From assembly GCA_038821645.1 (NCBI GenBank), contig JAWBDT010000002.1:1-64000 (forward strand): a stretch of 64,000 nt of DNA, written 5' to 3'. This document shows, one piece after another, positions 61,438-64,000 of this stretch. This stretch comes from Ignisphaera sp. (GTDB lineage Archaea; Thermoproteota; Thermoprotei_A; Sulfolobales; Ignisphaeraceae). A model generated the notes under the pieces. That model was not told where the DNA came from and made no database searches. It saw only the letters and a list, made by a program, of their open reading frames with translations. The translations under genes were made by a program, and so were the position numbers. Position 1 is the first letter of the stretch; every line of letters starts with the position of its first letter.

Positions 61438-63297
61438 ATGCGATTACTATTTATTCACGCAAAAATGTTTATGTACAACATTGTTAGTAAAGCTGTAGAC
61501 GAAGCAGACGATATCACAGATGATGTAATTCATGGTAAAGAACTTAATAATGTGTTGGTAGTCTTTACAAGCATTGAATCTAGTGATGAAAAAGCTCCAG
61601 AAATTGTTGTAGAAAAAGCATGTGAAGAGATTCTAGATGTGTATAAGAAAGTTAAAGCTGATTCCATACTTCTCTATCCCTATGCTCATTTATCCTATTC
61701 ACTAGCATCTCCGTATAGAGCTCGAGAAATACTCAATAATCTATATAGATCCTTGCTAAAAAGAAATGTACGTGTGTATAAAGCTCCATTTGGATGGTAC
61801 AAAGAATTTTTAATTCATTGCTATGGTCATCCATTAAGTGAGCTATCAAGACATATTGAAGTAGATCAAGTTATGCAGAAGAAAGTTATAGAAAAGAAAT
61901 TTTATATAATGACACCTAATGGAATGATATACAATCCTGAAGAGTATATATTCAAAGATGAAGAAAAAGAATTCAAGATATTGGTAGATAAAGAAGTCTT
62001 CGGAAAGGAACTTGAAGGGGGAGAGAGCAGAATCAATAAATATTTAAGGAAATTTGGATTCGAATGGGAAGAAATATCAGATAAAGGACATATGAGATAT
62101 CAACCACATGCTACAGTGATTCTTGATGCTGTTTCAATGTATTCATGGATTGTAGCATCATCATTAGGTATACCTGTTTTCAGGGTTAGAGGAACCAATA
62201 TGTTTAGTCTACGAGCTGAACCTGTAAAGCAACATGCAGAACTCTTCGGAGAAAGAATGTATGAAATTACAATGGACAACGAGACCTTAATTCTGAGATT
62301 TGCTGCATGCTATCAACAGTTCTCTATACTAAAGGACTGGACATTAAGTTATAAAGATTTACCTTTGGGTATGTTTGAAGTAGCAGATAGTTACCGATAT
62401 GAACAAAGAGGAGAACTTGTTTTAGGATTTAGATTAAGAAAGTTCCATATGCCTGATTTACACATTCTCACAAGAGATATTGAGGAAGCAAAAAAGGTTG
62501 TTCATATAATTAGAGACAAAATAGTTGAAGAAGCTAAAAAAATTGGTAGGGAGTATCTAGCTATATATAATGTGACTGAGGACTTCTTTAACAATCACCG
62601 TGATTATATCCAAGAACTAGTCAGAAGAGAGGGAAAACCCGTCTTGATAGCAATCTATCCAGCTAATATATATTACTGGGTTATAAACGTTGAATACATA
62701 ATTATAGACGAAATGAAGAGACCTAGAGAAATAGCTACATGGCAGATAGATGTAGGAAACGCTAAACGCTTCAATATATATTACACAAATGAGAATGGAG
62801 AGAAACTACACCCGATAATTATCCATACAGCTTTACTTGGTTCTCTAGAGAGATACATATACATGGTCTTTGATACAATAACTCAGGCTGAAAATAAAGG
62901 TCAAGCCCCCGTGCTACCGTCATGGCTCTCACCTATTCAAGTAAGAATTATACCTGTTAAGAAAGAGCATTTTGAATATTCCTACAAAATAGCACATGAA
63001 TTATTGAGGTATGGATTTCGTGTTGATATAGATGATCGTAATGAGAGTTTAGGTAAGAAAATACGTGAAGCCGGAATTGAGTGGATACCTTATGTTGTAG
63101 TTGTTGGTGATAGGGAAGTTAACACAAATACTATAAATGTTCGCATTAGACGAGACAATGTACAGAAGATCATGACGCTAGACGAACTTATATCTATGCT
63201 TTTAAAAGATATGGCAGGATACCCGATAGTACCATCAGCATTACCATTACTATTATCCCAGAGGCCTACACTATATTATCTTAGACCTATAGAATAA
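61438..63297 (+). CDS. thrS: Threonine--tRNA ligase with archaeal editing domain
   Basis: MRLLFIH, YPYAHLS, APFGWYK.F, GHPLSELSR, SYRYEQ.GE and an anticodon-binding domain. Confidence 0.96.
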   Translation: MRLLFIHAKMFMYNIVSKAVDEADDITDDVIHGKELNNVLVVFTSIESSDEKAPEIVVEKACEEILDVYKKVKADSILLYPYAHLSYSLASPYRAREILNNLYRSLLKRNVRVYKAPFGWYKEFLIHCYGHPLSELSRHIEVDQVMQKKVIEKKFYIMTPNGMIYNPEEYIFKDEEKEFKILVDKEVFGKELEGGESRINKYLRKFGFEWEEISDKGHMRYQPHATVILDAVSMYSWIVASSLGIPVFRVRGTNMFSLRAEPVKQHAELFGERMYEITMDNETLILRFAACYQQFSILKDWTLSYKDLPLGMFEVADSYRYEQRGELVLGFRLRKFHMPDLHILTRDIEEAKKVVHIIRDKIVEEAKKIGREYLAIYNVTEDFFNNHRDYIQELVRREGKPVLIAIYPANIYYWVINVEYIIIDEMKRPREIATWQIDVGNAKRFNIYYTNENGEKLHPIIIHTALLGSLERYIYMVFDTITQAENKGQAPVLPSWLSPIQVRIIPVKKEHFEYSYKIAHELLRYGFRVDIDDRNESLGKKIREAGIEWIPYVVVVGDREVNTNTINVRIRRDNVQKIMTLDELISMLLKDMAGYPIVPSALPLLLSQRPTLYYLRPIE

Positions 63298-63327
63298 TTA
63301 ACTGAAAATGAATTGTAGAATAATAAC

Positions 63328-63382
63328 AGATGATGATCTGTTGCCCACACTGATTTCATGATGATATGAACCTCCTCTGAAG
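63328..63382 (+). ncRNA. C/D-box guide sRNA
   Basis: Four perfect boxes: ATGATGA, TCTGTTGCCCACA, CTGA, tttc, ATGATGA, TATGAACCTCCT, CTGA. Confidence 0.88.
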
Positions 63383-63392
63383 GTGTAACATA

Positions 63393-64000
63393 ATGGATGA
63401 GGTTACCGTTAAAGTACCAACAAAAATCACATTATTTGGCGAACATGCAGTTATCTATGGTGTTCCAGCCATAGCTTCAACAATCCCCGTATACATGAAC
63501 ATAAAGGGTAAAATATTATCAGAGGAAGTCATTTCTATTACTTTTAGTAACAAATTATCAACATCTCTCAACAATATAACTATACGTCGTGATAGAGAAG
63601 AAATACAGTTACGATCTGATATAGTGATAATCAAAAAGTTACTCAATTATATTTTAACATCAATAGATCTATGTGAAAAAGAACTTGGTACTACAAGAAA
63701 TAGAGGATACAGTTTAATCATAGATAGCCCTCTACCAACTGGAATAGGATTAGGAACTTCTGCAGCCACATCTGTTGGCACAATTGTTGTATGTCTTGCT
63801 CTAAATGGCTATATAGAGAATATAGAGGATTATCGGCAAGATATAGCTAAAATGGCTTGGAATGTAGAGAAAACTGTACAAGGAGTAGCTAGTCCCATGG
63901 ACACATACACAATTACGTTGGGCGGACTAAGATATATCGAACCTAATACACCTAAGGCAGAACTCATAGATATTGATGATCAGATACCAGTAATTGTTGG
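63393..64000 (+). CDS. mvk: Mevalonate kinase (partial, runs off the window)
   Basis: Read manually: MDEVTVKVPTKITLFGEHAVIYGVPAIA...SPLPTGIGLGTSAA...EKTVQGVASPMDT (GHMP kinase motifs). Confidence 0.92.
   Translation, partial: MDEVTVKVPTKITLFGEHAVIYGVPAIASTIPVYMNIKGKILSEEVISITFSNKLSTSLNNITIRRDREEIQLRSDIVIIKKLLNYILTSIDLCEKELGTTRNRGYSLIIDSPLPTGIGLGTSAATSVGTIVVCLALNGYIENIEDYRQDIAKMAWNVEKTVQGVASPMDTYTITLGGLRYIEPNTPKAELIDIDDQIPVIV

Overview
An AT-rich core-genome segment from a thermophilic crenarchaeon. Cren7, cdvA/B/C, whiP, AGOG, radA, archaeal-type Mat and ThrS and a bulge-helix-bulge tRNA intron place it in Thermoproteota, most likely Desulfurococcales (Ignisphaera-like; the genus is inference). 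It holds about 55 protein genes covering translation and its quality control, RNase P subunits, cell division, DNA repair, mevalonate and cofactor metabolism. It also holds five tRNAs (one with a 45/46 intron), the SRP RNA, five clear C/D-box guide RNAs and a probable decayed tnpB 3' end. I found no CRISPR array and no intact mobile element. The best candidate for an undescribed system is a two-gene unit: a KaiC-like ATPase followed by a signal-peptide-less GH5 cellulase homolog that has lost its acid/base glutamate and two other conserved active-site residues, suggesting a cytoplasmic sugar-sensing pseudoenzyme coupled to a KaiC hub. Other oddities are a perfect 42-bp AU-rich helix in the SRP RNA, an unusual aRF1 leader, a possible WhiP-linked origin, a VirB4/HerA-like three-gene operon, and local strand-skew flips centred on stable-RNA genes. 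All family calls come from motif recognition by eye; no searches were run.
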